Assembly (NCBI GenBank): GCA_976551045.1
Contig: CDPCPM010000323.1
Coordinates: 4,092,001 to 4,156,000 of the forward strand
Origin: Glaucostegus cemiculus
Taxonomy: Eukaryota
Direction of reading: 5' to 3'
Length of the DNA: 64,000 nt
In this document: piece after piece, positions 25,480-38,470 of the stretch
How the letters are laid out: each line of letters starts with the position of its first letter
Numbering within the stretch: position 1 is the stretch's first letter
Position numbers and translations under genes: made by a program
The notes under the pieces: model-generated
The model's input: only the letters and a program-made list of their open reading frames with translations
Databases searched by the model: none
What the model was told of the DNA's origin: nothing

Positions 25480-25920
25480 CCCTCCCAAGTAGATGTAAAA
25501 GATTCCATGTGTTATTTGAAAAAATACAGGGAACTGCTGAGGGGACCCAGTCACTGGCTGTTCCTCCACCAACAAGGCAAATGTAAATTAGCTTGTAATT
25601 TATTTGTGGATCTTGCTGTGCATCACTTGATTAGTGCTAACACAGAAAATGCTGGAGGAACTCAGCAGGTCAGGCAGCATCTATGGAGGGAAATAAGCAG
25701 TCCACGTTTCAGGTCGAGACCCTTCATCATGTTTCATTCCTGATTCATGAAACATCCCTCCATAGATGCTGCCTGACCTGCTGAGTTCCTCCAGCATTTT
25801 CTGTGTGTTGCTTCTGATTCCAGCATCTGCAGAATCTCTTCTATCTCCGACTTGATTGGTGATTTTTGCCCTGTTGTTGCAGTGCCTACAATCCTAAAAT
25901 ACTTCATCCTAAAGTTCTGG
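25480..25920 (+). mobile_element. Deu-domain SINE split by a Penelope-like insertion
   Basis: gtagatgtaaaagattccatg...tgtggatcttgctgtgca [insert] gcagtgcctacaatcctaaaatacttcat. Confidence 0.55.
25637..25849. mobile_element. Young Penelope-like fold-back insertion: perfect 52-bp inverted repeat, hammerhead core in the loop, 12-bp TSD
   Basis: 25640-25691 is the exact reverse complement of 25755-25806. Minus 25698-25729 reads UGAUGA-AGGGUCUCGACCU-GAAACGUG-GACUG. Flanks acttgattagtg (25625-25636) / acttgattggtg (25850-25861). Confidence 0.85.
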
Positions 25921-27739
25921 AAGATATTACAAAAAAACACCTAATTCTTCAGGATAAGACCAGATGTGTTGGACATGGTGAACAAAGGGACTGAAACAAA
26001 CTGATTATTTTCTATCAGAATCGTAGATATAAACATAAACTAACAAGTAAATGAATTTCTAACACATAAGAAATCCATCACATCTGTGCCAGTTCTTCAT
26101 TAGAACAGTCCAGCACTATTGCAATTACCTTGCTGTCTTAAAATATTTATCAGTTTGAAATAGCTGATGGCAAACATCTCAGTATATATGCCCACAAATA
26201 TGCTACTTATAGTCTACATGTACATAGTGTCAAAGCTTCTAGGCTCCACACTTTTTAGTCAAAAGAGCTGCTTTATTTAGCTTATTAATATGAATGAATT
26301 GTTATTAACATTTGTGAGGATATTTAAATTAAGTGAAAATATATTTGTGGCACTTGCAGGTTTGGTTGTGGCATGGCAGTACTAGTAACGGTAGTGCAAC
26401 TAATCTTGACTACTGACCCATTTTGCAAACAGATTTCATGCCAAGAAAGCAAACAGAAAGAATTACGATACATCTGAGATTCAAAGTAGCTGAAACATTC
26501 ATAGCTACCAATGATAATTCTATCCTTTTAGAGAAAAAAAGTACAAAATCCAAAACTTTTAACTGTCAAAGTGAAAAAAAGTACTTTGCAGATTGTCTTT
26601 AGATGCAGTTTTAAAAAAAGCAAGCAGTATTAAATTACATTAAAACAATATTATGTAATGTCAACGATGCTAAGGTGTAGTTATATCTCATCTGGATCTG
26701 GTTCGAACATAATATCACAGATCTGAAATACAGCACATTTCCAGATGGTGCCTGCATCTTCATAGATTCTGGCAAGTTCAGCATTCATACTGGTGCCAAT
26801 GAAACTTGGCATCTAGAAGACACTTGACCATCCTGAAACTGCCAATTGTGTTTAGTGCATCCTTGCCTGAAGTATAAGTGCAGTGACTCCTTCCCACAAT
26901 TTACTGCTGTTAGATAGAAGAATATCACTCGTGTCATGGACTGCATTGATGGGGTACAATGACCCATCTTATAGATAAATGTAAAATACAAGAAGTGCAA
27001 AAAATAGTTAAAAGTTGACTTCTGTACATTATACCTAAGGATGGGCAAAGATTATTGCACAATTAGAGATAAACAGATCTCTGTTAGTCCCATATCCCAC
27101 TGAAGGATTACATTTACCAAAGGCAGATTTGCCAAACTTCTGCTGTGGATTTGAAATCCACATAGTTTTACAGTAACATATCCCATATCCCAGTTGAGTC
27201 AGACTGCGATCAAGCTCATTTCAATTTCAAACATTGCTAGTGAGTAATTGGGCTTGAGAAGCTGTCACAAGAAGCCTGAGAACTCCAAAATGGCAACCTT
27301 GGCACATGTGCATATTCATGTGGTAATCCACAGCTGACACAACCCAGAGACAGCAAATGTATGTACATTAAAATTCTGCCAAAGGTATGCAGGACAGATG
27401 GATCATAATACACAACTCTGATTGACGCCAGAGTTGTAATTTTGGAGCTGCTCATTTCAGCAATGCTTTCTCAGCATTAAACAACTGATCAACGAACAAC
27501 CGCAGAAAGCTTCACCCCAGCATTTTAACAATGCTGTTTAGATATGATACTGGCTAGATGTTGATTTATTTCCACTGGTTGTTCCATAAGTGTAGGAGTA
27601 TTTTCGGGTCACAGGAGGGTTAGATCCAATGATTTTTGCTGACTATGAGGCATCTGCATTAGTCTCAAACACAGTTGCATTATTCAGCACTCTCTTTGGA
27701 GTATAGTAGATGAGATGAATGACGATGAGCTGGAAGTGG

Positions 27740-28330
27740 GAGGAAGAGGAAGGTCATATCATTTTAACAGTGTTCAGGAAGCATTTCTTTTTCCTGAACT
27801 TTAGCAAGGAACAGTGTTTATAATGTCTCAACTCCATGAGGTCATCAACCCTGAGGTTTTCCATTTGCTGCAGCCACAACTGCACCCTCAGAGCAGGGCA
27901 AGAACTGCATTGCCAATGGCTATCATGGTGACTATGGCAACCTTTTTTACATAGCTTTCAATCTTCTTTCAATCTGCGTCTATAGATATTTGCAATATAT
28001 CACAGCTTATTATTCATTGTTAAGTCACTAAAGCTCTCTATTCAAAGACAAATAACGTCATCTAATTCTTACTTGCCTGAAACTATCCAATAAAGGTAAG
28101 TACATGGCCTTGCAATGCAGGCAGATTTTTCCATGGAAGAGAGCACCACTGGCTGCTATCAAGTCTATGCTACACTGGAATTTAAAAAAAACGTACTTCC
28201 TCAGCACTCAGCTAACTAGTGTCCATGGGCAATGAATCAAAAAGGTCACCATCTAATGTTCTAGCAGTAATCATGATGATTGCATTCAACAGTAGGCTAT
28301 TGTACACCTTCATTTGAGGTAGTGATGACT
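27740..28330 (+). pseudogene. PIF/Harbinger transposase relic
   Basis: FRKHFFFLNFSKEQCL, HLLQPQLHPQSRARTALPMAIMVTMA, FFQSASIDICNISQLIIHC*VTKALY and LSTQLTSVHGQ*IKKVTI*CSSSNHDDCI are collinear with the HARBI1-type HTH and DDE regions. Confidence 0.8.
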
Positions 28331-28414
28331 ATTAATGATGATGTAGTTGCTCTGAAAGATCTGTTATGGCATTACAACTTCAGTACACCCTTGGATCACA
28401 TGCTACAAGATAAG

Positions 28415-28666
28415 TTTTTTTAAAATTTTATTTACAGCATGGTAACAGGCCCTTTCGGCCCTCCGAGTCCACGCCGCCCATTTTAAACCCCCCAAATTAA
28501 CCTACCCGTACGTCTTTCAGGATGTGGGAGGAAACCGGAGCACCCGGAGGAAACCCACGCAGACTCGGGAGAACGTACAAACTCCTTACAGACAGCGACG
28601 GGAATCGAACCCCGATCGCTGGCGCTGTAACAGTGTCGCGCTAACTGCTACGCTATCGTGCCGCCC
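28415..28666 (-). mobile_element. Young tRNA-derived V-SINE (HE1-like)
   Basis: About 90% identical by eye to 21761-22018; A/B boxes and V-domain intact; CpG-rich. Confidence 0.9.
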
Positions 28667-29339
28667 TTATTTGTAGACTAACTGATAAGCCGATCCAGTC
28701 CAAGTTATTGAAGGCATTAAGATAAGATAAGATCTTTATTAGCAGATCTAATATTCAAATGACTGTGACTATGCAAATGGCCATTAAAAATGAAAGGAAT
28801 TTCAGCGAGAACAAAGTATTAGCAGAAGCATGGTAAATGAATAGCAAGAAAAATGGGAGCGATCTCCAGCTTTAAGACTGGGTCATGTGAATGTGAATGA
28901 GGGTAAAAAGTGAGTCTGCTGGAAACATTGCTGCAGGAATCACACAGCAGAAGCACATCACTTCAGAAGCAAGATGTTCCAACTGATGAAAGTAAGGGCA
29001 TGTTGCCTGTGGCAACAGATCACACATGATCCATGTCTCATCACAGGCAGATTCCACCTCTAATTTTTCCCCTGCAATTACATGAACTGGTGGCTGAAGC
29101 CTGAAAAGTGTTTATGTGACTTTGTCATCATTGTCTATAATTCCCAAACCAACTGCCTGGACAGCTTGCAGATCTTGGACACCTAACTAGAGAATGGCAA
29201 ATTACAAAAAGGGGTGGGGGGGGGGGGGATAGGTGGAGGTGGAAATTAAGAAGTGGATGTTTATGTCATTTCCATTCAGTCAATTAGAGGAAGGTGTTAG
29301 TTAAGGAGGAACTGGGATGTTAGAAGGAGGGTTAGCTGC

Positions 29340-29830
29340 AAGGATGGTCACCTCTGCTGGCTTCTGTCCCATCTCTATTCTGCAGTGATGACAGTCTTCT
29401 GCATGGAAGCTATAGCATGCATGTCCTTGTTCAATTAGCACCTGTTGTGTTCTGTTGAACATCATCTTGTCCTGCATCATTTGGGAGATGCGGCTGCCTT
29501 GGTTGAATAACCAGCAGTGTTTGTGAGAAAGAGGTGGAGAGGTGTGGGGCTTGCCGCTGTGGTAAGGGTGTCAGATTGTGCTGGAGAATGTGAGTGTCCA
29601 GTACCTGACAGATGGAGATTGTTGGTAGATATGTGTTGGGACAATATTGCATTGAGAAGCATCTGAGGTTGGTAGTACAAGAGTGGCATTTGAAGGCACT
29701 TTCACAATCCTTTGCTGACTTGTATGAGATAATGGAACATCTCACAGGAATGCATTCAAGTACCTTCTTCACTATACCTCCATTGAAGAGTCTAAGGACG
29801 TTGGACCTAATTTTTTCTGGTGTTGTGTCA
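29340..29830 (-). pseudogene. Harbinger Myb/SANT DNA-binding gene relic (two exons)
   Basis: Minus 29762-29710 reads T*MHSCEMFHYLIQVSK (cf. RTWxQCRKKFNDL..K). After cag| at 29472 it reads DKMMFNRTQQVLIEQGHA (cf. KxAHNRRxxxxTGGG). Confidence 0.55.
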
Positions 29831-30794
29831 TTATTCACCATTTCGCAGCTAAAATTCAGATGTGGAATGATGGTTAGCACCCACTCCAATCACAATATAT
29901 GCACCCTTTAAGAAATGCAGGGTTATTATTGGCACTGCAAGCTAGCTTTAACAGATGCTAGTCATACTCAGTATTGGACTCCTAATAAGGTGTCCAGCCA
30001 ATCAAAGCGTAGTTAACACTGGCTGGGTAGTGCAACCACTACACAAAGCAATCCTTGCCCCTCGTTTTAGGGGCAATTAAGTTACCTTTATTCTTCCAGG
30101 TGAAGAGAATTATTTGAATGCAACTACTTGACTAAGAGTAGAAAATTGAACTGACAATTTGTGCATTTCAAATTCTCTCAGTAACAATATTCCATTTAAC
30201 TGAAACTAACTCTGTATAATGTTATTTGCAATATTGCATTAGACACAGGGTATTTCAAATCAAACTTGTACATCTTTCTGTAGTACCATATGTATTAGTA
30301 AAGATTATTGCAGCTTCTACAGGTTTGTCATAATAGATACTGTCTCCATGTGAGCACACTTGCTTTTGCACCTGTTTTAAACATTGCACTCAAACTTTTA
30401 TGTTACATATTGAAAGAAACTCTTGGAGCTGAGGGGGCACACTGTATGAAACGGCTGACAATAGTACAGGAATTTATTGCTAAAGATCCTCACCGTGCCT
30501 GGGAATCTGATTACTGGTATTCCATCCATGAAAACAAATGGTTCTGACAATGTCAATGATAATTGCAGACAGTTAACTTAAAATGGAAAACATATTGAGC
30601 ACATTTTTCTTTGTATGAAACAATGAAATCATTGTGTTGCTCTAAACGATCAGATATTTTAACCACTAAAACCAGTCCCTGTAATATCTAACCACTTTAG
30701 ATATTGGAGAGATAATAAGCATGAATTCCTTTGAGCCTCCCTTGCCATTCATTGAGATCATGGCTGATCTGATCTTTGGATTTAACTCCATATT

Positions 30795-31040
30795 TTTGAA
30801 ATAAAAACAGTAAATGCTGGAAACACTCACAAGGTCAGGCAGCATCTGTGGGAAGAGAAGCAGTTAAAGTTTCAAGTCTGGGACCCTTCATCAGAACAGG
30901 GAAGGACAGAAAACAAGTTTCTTTTTTTTTGCAGAGAATCTGAGGAAGATATGGCTAGAACAAAGGAAGTATCTCTGACAGAATGAGACCAAATGACTTA
31001 AATTGGCAATTGGAAACTCATTGTGTTTCTTTGTCTCTGT
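30795..31040 (-). mobile_element. Penelope-like 3' end
   Basis: aaataaaaacagtaaatgctggaaacactcacaaggtcaggcagcatctgtggg followed by the hammerhead and the purine-rich reverse complement of the family spacer. Confidence 0.8.
30861..30898 (-). ncRNA. Minimal type I hammerhead ribozyme motif
   Basis: Minus strand UGUU-CUGAUGA-AGGGUCCCAGACUU-GAAAC-UUU-AACUG; core boxes intact, stem III mutated. Confidence 0.6.
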
Positions 31041-32482
31041 TCATATTCTGCCCATATACCTTTATCCTTAGAGACCCCTTTCAGTATATAGACCAGAGGA
31101 GAACTATTCAATTAACCAATCAAATAAAATTTAAAAAATAAAATACAGTGTTATAACAGCCAAATAGTTTTGTAAATTTTCTGTAACTAGTTGGAAATTA
31201 ATTATATCTTTACCATAATAAGATGTTTTTAGCTTTGTTTGGAGTTTACTAAATCATATTTCAATGATATTCCAAACATTTAAATATAACCTTCATCTTC
31301 ATATTAGGTCTTTCACTCACTACAATTGTTTTAAAATGTTTAATGAACTTCAAACATAAAAATATAAATTCATAACATGGGTAAAATAAGGTAATTTTAT
31401 TTCTGTTATTTTTCATTGTCTTTGCTGCAATAATTTGACTGGAGCACAAATGGTTAACATAAGACATCATTTGATTATCTGATGTTTACTGACATCAAAA
31501 TACAATTAAATTAATATGGCATTCTAATTACATCCGAGTGTAGGTTCAGTTTGGTCCTACAGGATTAAGTTTTTCTCTGGGAAAAAAAAATAGTAGGTGT
31601 TTTGCAATAAAACAGAAGTGTAGTATTTATCCACACTGGCCCACACAGCTTTAGTGGCAATACCCCCTCACTTTATTTAAACATTCAGTGAGCAATAATT
31701 CATGTGAAAGGCTGCAGTACAATCCATACATAAGAAGTTGCATGATTTATCATTTATGCAGGATGAACAGCAAGAGTAACATATAATACACTGAAAATAA
31801 GACTTTTAAGACAACTACTTTGCTATATTGACTCTGATAATATTACAGAACACATTGCTGTGGAACCATTATTGTGAAATTTCTAATAAATCCATTCTGT
31901 CTGCAACACTTTTAAAATTTTGTCTTTTTTAATTTTATACAAATTACCATATTTATGGACATACATTTGTGTGTTTCACATGCTTTGGAAACAATTTCTT
32001 TGCAAACATTGGTTTTGCTTTAAAGGGTTGTAAAGCTTTCATGAAGACTTTCATGGTAATCATTTTTGTGCTTAACCATAATTCTCCAAAGCACAATTTG
32101 ACCAGAATTTTTGACATTGGTGACTATTTCTTACTTCATGTAAGAAGTAGTCACCAATGTCAAAAATAATTTCATAATCACACATCCTAAACAAATATTT
32201 TACTCATTTATATGATGTGCAGTTATAAAGTACCTGATGAATCCATTGTCCCTGTTTTAAAAATACATCCAGCACTTGCTTAAATCAACATCAAATCTGG
32301 GTAAAGTTCAATTAAGTAGATGGAAAAATAAAACCAAGATGAGCACTGATACTTTTTCCGAGTAGATCCAGTTTTTATGACATTCTGACTTCCTTGTTAT
32401 TGCTGCCGTGGCTCTTAAGAAATTGTGATGATACAACAACTGCAGTGCCACCTGGGTAGTCTGATGATTGGGGCTGGGTGAG

Positions 32483-32484
<2 letters not shown>

Positions 32485-32554
<70 letters not shown>
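32485..32554 (+). repeat. (CA)35 microsatellite
   Basis: Uninterrupted CA run of 70 bp. Confidence 0.98.
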
Positions 32555-32555
<1 letters not shown>

Positions 32556-32779
32556 CAGAGCCTGGAAATTCTACGTTACGTAGGTTAACCACCATGCAGT
32601 GTTTTAAGCCATACATCAGAATTTCAACACTGCCTTAGCAACCTGAAAAGAATGTTAGCAACCTTTCTTTTAAATTAAATGATGGTTAAATCCGCCCAAG
32701 GTCGCTGCAGGTAAAGGGATGGAGCACGGCCCTTGGCCATGCTCACCTCCACACATTCAATAAAACCAAATGTGCAGGA

Positions 32780-33420
32780 GGTGATGACAATTAGTGACCA
32801 ATACTCTTCCACCTGTTAATACCAGTTAGCAAAAGCCAGTTATCTCCTGGACTCCATTTGCTCATGAACCAGCCGTGCCTCTTGTTTAATTACTTTTTCA
32901 AAAAAAAAGTTGCAACTTCTTTTATTTTAATCGAATTTTGCCACATGTAATTTAAGCACTTGGGTTTGACACACTACAGGAAGGCAGCTGCCTAACCTGC
33001 TCCCAACAGAAACTATATTACGTGATGTTTGCTTTTGAGCACCCTTCTTTAATCATCCCTCCCGTATCAAAGGTGTCCCTGCACGCTGATTCAGAGCTGA
33101 GTGGAGTGATCCCACTGACCCATCCCATTCCATTAGCATGCTCATATTCAGTGTCTGCCACAGATTTTTTTTTATTTCACTCCCAATGACAGCAGAACAG
33201 AATTAGTTTGGTACATTTATGGTTACAAACACAGGAGCAGATTGGTCTCTTTTGTACAGAGATTTGAAGCATAGCACGGGTTTTGTGCAGAGAGGAAAAT
33301 CAGGAGGTAAGGGTCGCAGTTCAGTAATGTTGCCTGCCTGATTTTCTGTCCATTTAATGAATAGATAAAAATCAGGCCAGCTGCATCATCAGCCCAATTT
33401 GCCTCTGTTCCATTCATACA
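32780..33420. promoter_or_regulatory. Candidate conserved non-coding element
   Basis: Unique, complex sequence in a TE-poor island; atcaaag (TCF/LEF), attagcat (POU-like), tgacag (MEIS) and tttatgg (Hox) motifs; retained CpGs. Conservation untested. Confidence 0.3.
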
Positions 33421-34399
33421 GTACCTTATGTCTAAGTCTTAAAGAGAAAATTCTCCCCCACAACTATCTGGTTAAAAAAAATCTTTCAATTGTGCCAATT
33501 TAAACGTCACTCCCCTTTGTACGACTGAATAATGAGCTATGTGTGAATTCTGCAGGGGGTTTTACAACGCAGGACCAAACACCCATGGTGCAAATGTTTG
33601 CAGCAAAATTGCATTTTCTAATACAGTTGATGAAATTATCAGAAAACCAGTCACTGTGGCTGGAACTGTCCAGCATTACATTGTTGGATTAACACATTTG
33701 TAAACCACAGTGAAAAAATGCTCACAAACTCTAATTTGATTTGGTGATTATTTTTTTCCAATACCATATAAGTACTTTGCTTTATACTGACAGCGAGAAG
33801 AGGGACGAGTAGCTCTACCTACTCAGAATAAGATTTACTTTAATGCAGAATATAATTAAACAATAAACTTCAGCTGTAGATCACCGAAGCTGATACCATT
33901 AAGAAGGACATGCACTATATTTTAATAGCTCATTCACTGAATGTCCAGGAATTCATCAGCAGAACGGTGATGCAGTGAAAGTTGGCAATATTATGAGAAG
34001 AAAGATGAAACAGGTCCCCAAATAACCTCTTTTTTGGTCCAGTTCATTAATGGAAAAATTATCAATTCTGTCTTATAGGATAACAAAGATATGGATATCT
34101 AGATCAATACAGCATTGATTTTTCATGGGCAACCTGTTTTAACATAAGCTGACGACTCTATATTAGGTGACTGTAGCTCGCTGACCCTCAGATCTCCTTT
34201 GATGCAGCAGATAGCAGTGTGAACCAGGCAGAAGGGATCAGAGTGAAGGGTGAAGTGCTTAGGCTCAGACTCACCATCACCCAACCCCCCTCCACACACC
34301 CCCATCCTGAACACCACCCCTTTCCCCTGATGAAGGTGTCATGTGACAGAAGTCCATGTATTATTCCACCAAAGAAGAAAGAAGGGCCACAGTGGTGGT

Positions 34400-35260
34400 G
34401 CAGCTGATAGAGATGTCAGAGCTGCTTGAGTAATCTCATGACGCCTTGGCCCAGTGAGGGGGCAGAGTGGGATTGCAGTTGGCGTGGTGTGACGGGCAAG
34501 ACCACCCCGATCAAACCTGCGAGGGGCAGCCATTTGGACAAATCAAAGCAGAAGAAAGTAATTTTCAATAAATTAAAGAAATCTCCATGGAAATTAGCAT
34601 GAAACACTTTATAATCTTCAGCTTTTCATTGCCGATAAGGGTCACTGGTTTAGGTTCTTTTTTTTCTTCTTCTTAATTATTCCCTAGAAGTGCACGGGTG
34701 TTCTTTCTCTCCAGCACTGCTTTCTATCTCATGCTATCTTCTCACATTTTATTCTGCATTGAATGTCAGTAGCATAAAACACAAAAAATCCTCAGCCTTC
34801 TGTTTAACAAGCTGCTACCCGTTTACCAGGCACAGCTTCTGCAGCAAGAAGCAAGTTAGGGTGAAGGGGACACCATTTTTTCTACTCAAACTTCTTTCAA
34901 ACAGCCAACTCATTTTTTTTTAACAATGCCAATTGAATTTCCATGAAGGCAGAGAGACTCAACGAATGCCGACAATATTGTGCAGATGTAAATGTTGAAC
35001 ATAATAACAATCACAAATCTTTCAGAATGTGCTGCCACTTTAACATTCAAAGCTCTTTCTATTACTGACTGTGCTCTCAGTGGAACACTTTCACAGGAGA
35101 GTTGGTTTGACAGCCCAGCCTCCCTTCTCCATCGAAGGGATCTAAAGCACTCACTCGTCTGCAGTGTGATCGCACACAGCAGGCCCACTGGTGCCACATT
35201 CTTAATGATACGAAATTACAACTTAGCAGTCCTTCCCATGTGGGCGGACTTTATTTTGTA
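34400..35260. promoter_or_regulatory. Candidate conserved non-coding element(s)
   Basis: Locally higher GC and CpG in unique sequence, no recognisable coding homology; aaattagcat, gataag and aacaat motifs. Confidence 0.3.
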
Positions 35261-38189
35261 GAGGCCACAAAGGGACAGGAGGAGGAAGGTGATTTGAACT
35301 CTTTGTTAACTGAACCACTTGGCAGTTTAGAGCACAATATATTTCTCTAGGAAGTGCGGGGAGGTGGGGATATTTAATTGTGGTCTTTAAATTAAATTGT
35401 TTAAATGAATATTGAGTATTCTAATCCTTACTGCCTGGCTAAATTCACTTCTCTACATTAACCAAGAGTGAGCAGTTAAGAATCTCTAAAGGAAGGATCC
35501 ATGCCTTGGAGAGGGCTTTCAATTATTTGCAATGGTCCATTTCAAATACAACAAGAAGTGATATTTAACCCAATGAGAGAACTAAAAGAAATAATTATTC
35601 TAAATAACATTTGCATGAAAATCTTTAGAAAAATAGCCGGTGATGTAGAATGTCTGTTTTATTTCTATATTTGAACTTCTCACAAAATCCTTATTTTTAT
35701 CCATTGTGTTTAATTTTTCCTGAAGGTGAGATTGTGAAGACATTTTAGTTCTCCTTTATACGTCAGGTTATCAAATTAGCTTGCTAAAATGAAACTGACA
35801 GCTGAAAACAACTGTAGTAAGTCACAGGTAAGTGTTACCTAGTTAAACCTAATGAAATATCACAAGTACTTATGCTTAATCACGTCTGAGTATACATTTC
35901 TGAAAAGTTTGTTAAACGTTACTGTGAATAGGTTACACATTAGCACTAATTAAGTCTGCCACAGACCCTCAGGTGTTTAATAAACTTATGCAGTTGGACT
36001 AAGTTTATGTGAATATCCTTCTGCTCTCACTTTACGCTTTAGTGCCTTTGAATTCCACTGTAGGACTATTGCAGAAAGAAAAAGAAATTAATGTGGTTAA
36101 AACTGAATGATGGTAGAATGGTCTATCCCACAGATACTCAGAGCTGGGGTTGTAACGATATCATGAAAACAGTGTGCTTGATGCAGAATTTTTACTATTC
36201 GGATAATACTACTAATATTAAGAAGAAATAGAATTACTTAATCAATAGAATTCATAATAAATTTGAAAAAAACTCCAGTCTGTTAAACATATAATATAAA
36301 TACTCATAAACAAAATATGTAATAACCAGAACTGTAAGTTGGTATTTTCATGCAGAGTGAATATTTGTTCTGGCATAAATTCTTTCCCATTATAATTTAT
36401 AGATGGTAAACATACTCTTCAGTACAAAGCTGCTCCTCACAAAAGGCATTACCTTATCTGAAAAACTATAGAAGCGGCTGATAAAATCTGCTACAATGCA
36501 TAGAAAGGTAAAATAAATTTAAAAAAATGAGATGTGAGTTTGCTTCACTTTTTTTTCTGTATCTCTCAGAAAAAGGAAATTTGGAAAGGTTATGTTAACA
36601 ATTCTTTTCTTAAACCTGATCCACCAACACCCACTATTCTGTGTCTGCGTACAGCCAAACATATGAGGAAAAAAAACTTTGACCTCCCGTCAACATCTAT
36701 CTGTTTTATGGTTTTTGGCAGAACTGAACAATAGCTCCTTAATTCTATTGGCAATCTTAGATTTCTGAAGTCTGAAGAGGTAAAACTGATTTGATTGCCT
36801 TGTACCAGGCAGGTATAGCTAACAGGATCTCCTTAAAATAATTTCTCCCTTCTTTTAGTTATACCTCATCTACCTTTAACAATACAATGTAGTCGATCAA
36901 AAGTAGATGTTTGATACAGCTTTAATGTTCCCACAGCATTAACAAAAATGGCATTAGCACGTGGAAACCTGTCTCGGAAATTCAGGAAGAAGTCTGCCAT
37001 GCAAAAATTGTACAATGTTAATAAAAACAAAATTAATCTTAAGTTTCTCCAGAGCATGAAAATAATATTTAACAATAAAAGATGTATTAAGATGGCTCTT
37101 TATTATACCACAACCTTTTATTGTGGGTTACTACCTTCAGAACAAATATATATTAAACAATCCCCATAATATTTTTAATCCATGGAATCCAAGCACAATG
37201 TTCTAAATAGGGTCCACTATTTCTATGTTTGAAAATATAGTAAGAACTTTTACCTCTGATCATGCCATTAGGAGGCATGGATTTTCAGTTATTGTATATT
37301 TATGGACAGAGAAAAGGCTTCAAATATGTTTCAAAATAATGCACTGTCATTACTAAGCTTTTGAAGAGGATTAATTCAAAATACTGCAGTTTGAGATAAA
37401 ACTGTATTATGTAATTTCAGTACAAAATCCTTTCAGTGGAGAACATAAAATCAGGCATGGATAAAAACATACACTTAAGTAATCAATTGCTCACAATCAA
37501 TTCATAAACTGTTACTGCTTTAGGATTTTTATTTCATTGTCCTTTACAAAAAAGTATGAAAATAAAGCCAGCAGAGACTTTTATTCTATGAATATCTCCA
37601 ACAAAAAGTTTGGTTAGCAGTGATCCATAATAATACTGCAATGCCTGATGAACAGCAGTCAATTCCTTCAGGCCCTAATCACTGCCTGCATCATTACCCT
37701 TTCACCTATTTCACGCTACTTCTTATCTTGCACGTGTCTTCAGCAAAAGCGAAGTAGATTTCTTTAAAAAGAACAGTTCAGTGGACAGTCAGTTCAAAGG
37801 TTATAATTCAAACTGGAGTGTTTTGAATGTCCAGGAACAGCAGAACTTTTCCTCTCATGGTTTATGATGTCACAACTACTGGATTGAATTACAACCTTGT
37901 TAGTCACTGCCAGCTATCTATTATCCCACATGTACAGCACTGAACTGATTGTTGTGCAACTTAAAACTTTGTTTCCATTGTCATTGGAATATGTGGTTAA
38001 AAATGTGATAGCACCAGCTGCCAGTATTATACCAAAATGACCTAAATTGGTAACCGACCCCACATTTTTTTTATATATATCCTTCAAATGTGAAAGCTTC
38101 AGAGTTGGCTGCAGAGAGCCGACGCTGCAGTTTTCTAGGTGCTGGGTAGATGGCACTGTAGCCATAGTGGAGATCAGGCTGTCATCCCT

Positions 38190-38470
38190 CTGGGTCTTAT
38201 TCCCATTATATGCTTGTAAATTAACCTGTCAATTTATCAATCAACACCATCTTGATTTTTTTCATCCACGGTAGCAGTCGAAGTGAATTTGCCTCGTAAA
38301 TAACTGGGAGCCTGTGTTTGTTAGTATTGTGAATGAGTTTATTATCACTTTGATGACTGCTATGAATCACAAATGCTGCCGGGAGGCTGATAAGGAAGCA
38401 TGAGTTAACAGGGTTTAAGCCATTTTAGATGAAGGGGATAACCATGCATGCAAATAACATAAATTAAAAG
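38190..38470. promoter_or_regulatory. Candidate PBX-HOX/MEIS enhancer
   Basis: ctgtca (MEIS, 38226-38231) next to atcaatca (PBX-HOX, 38236-38243); ctcgtaaa (Hox13-type, 38293-38300); tgtttgtt (FOX-like); gataag. Confidence 0.4.

Noticed and set aside
25640-25806. pre-miRNA or MITE
   Set aside because: The arms are a multi-copy PLE terminus that also occurs singly (1640, 16640, 30795), and arm lengths are asymmetric. This does not fit a DNA-transposon TIR or a unique miRNA hairpin.
26690-26830. Open frame FEHNITDLKYSTFPDGACIFIDSGKFSIHTGANETWHLEDT as a coding exon
   Set aside because: No recognisable family, no convincing splice sites, and it ends in a stop.
29211-29228. G-quadruplex from poly-G (also 54807-54823)
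   Set aside because: Simple homopolymer expansions inside decayed TEs, with error-prone length; no evidence of function.
32308-32616. ORF with a VCVCVC repeat
   Set aside because: It is the translation of the (CA)35 microsatellite.
34449-34465. CTCF site (cagtgagggggcag); also cgccacctggtat at ~59490
   Set aside because: Mismatches at informative 5' positions; cannot be supported without PWM scoring or ChIP data.
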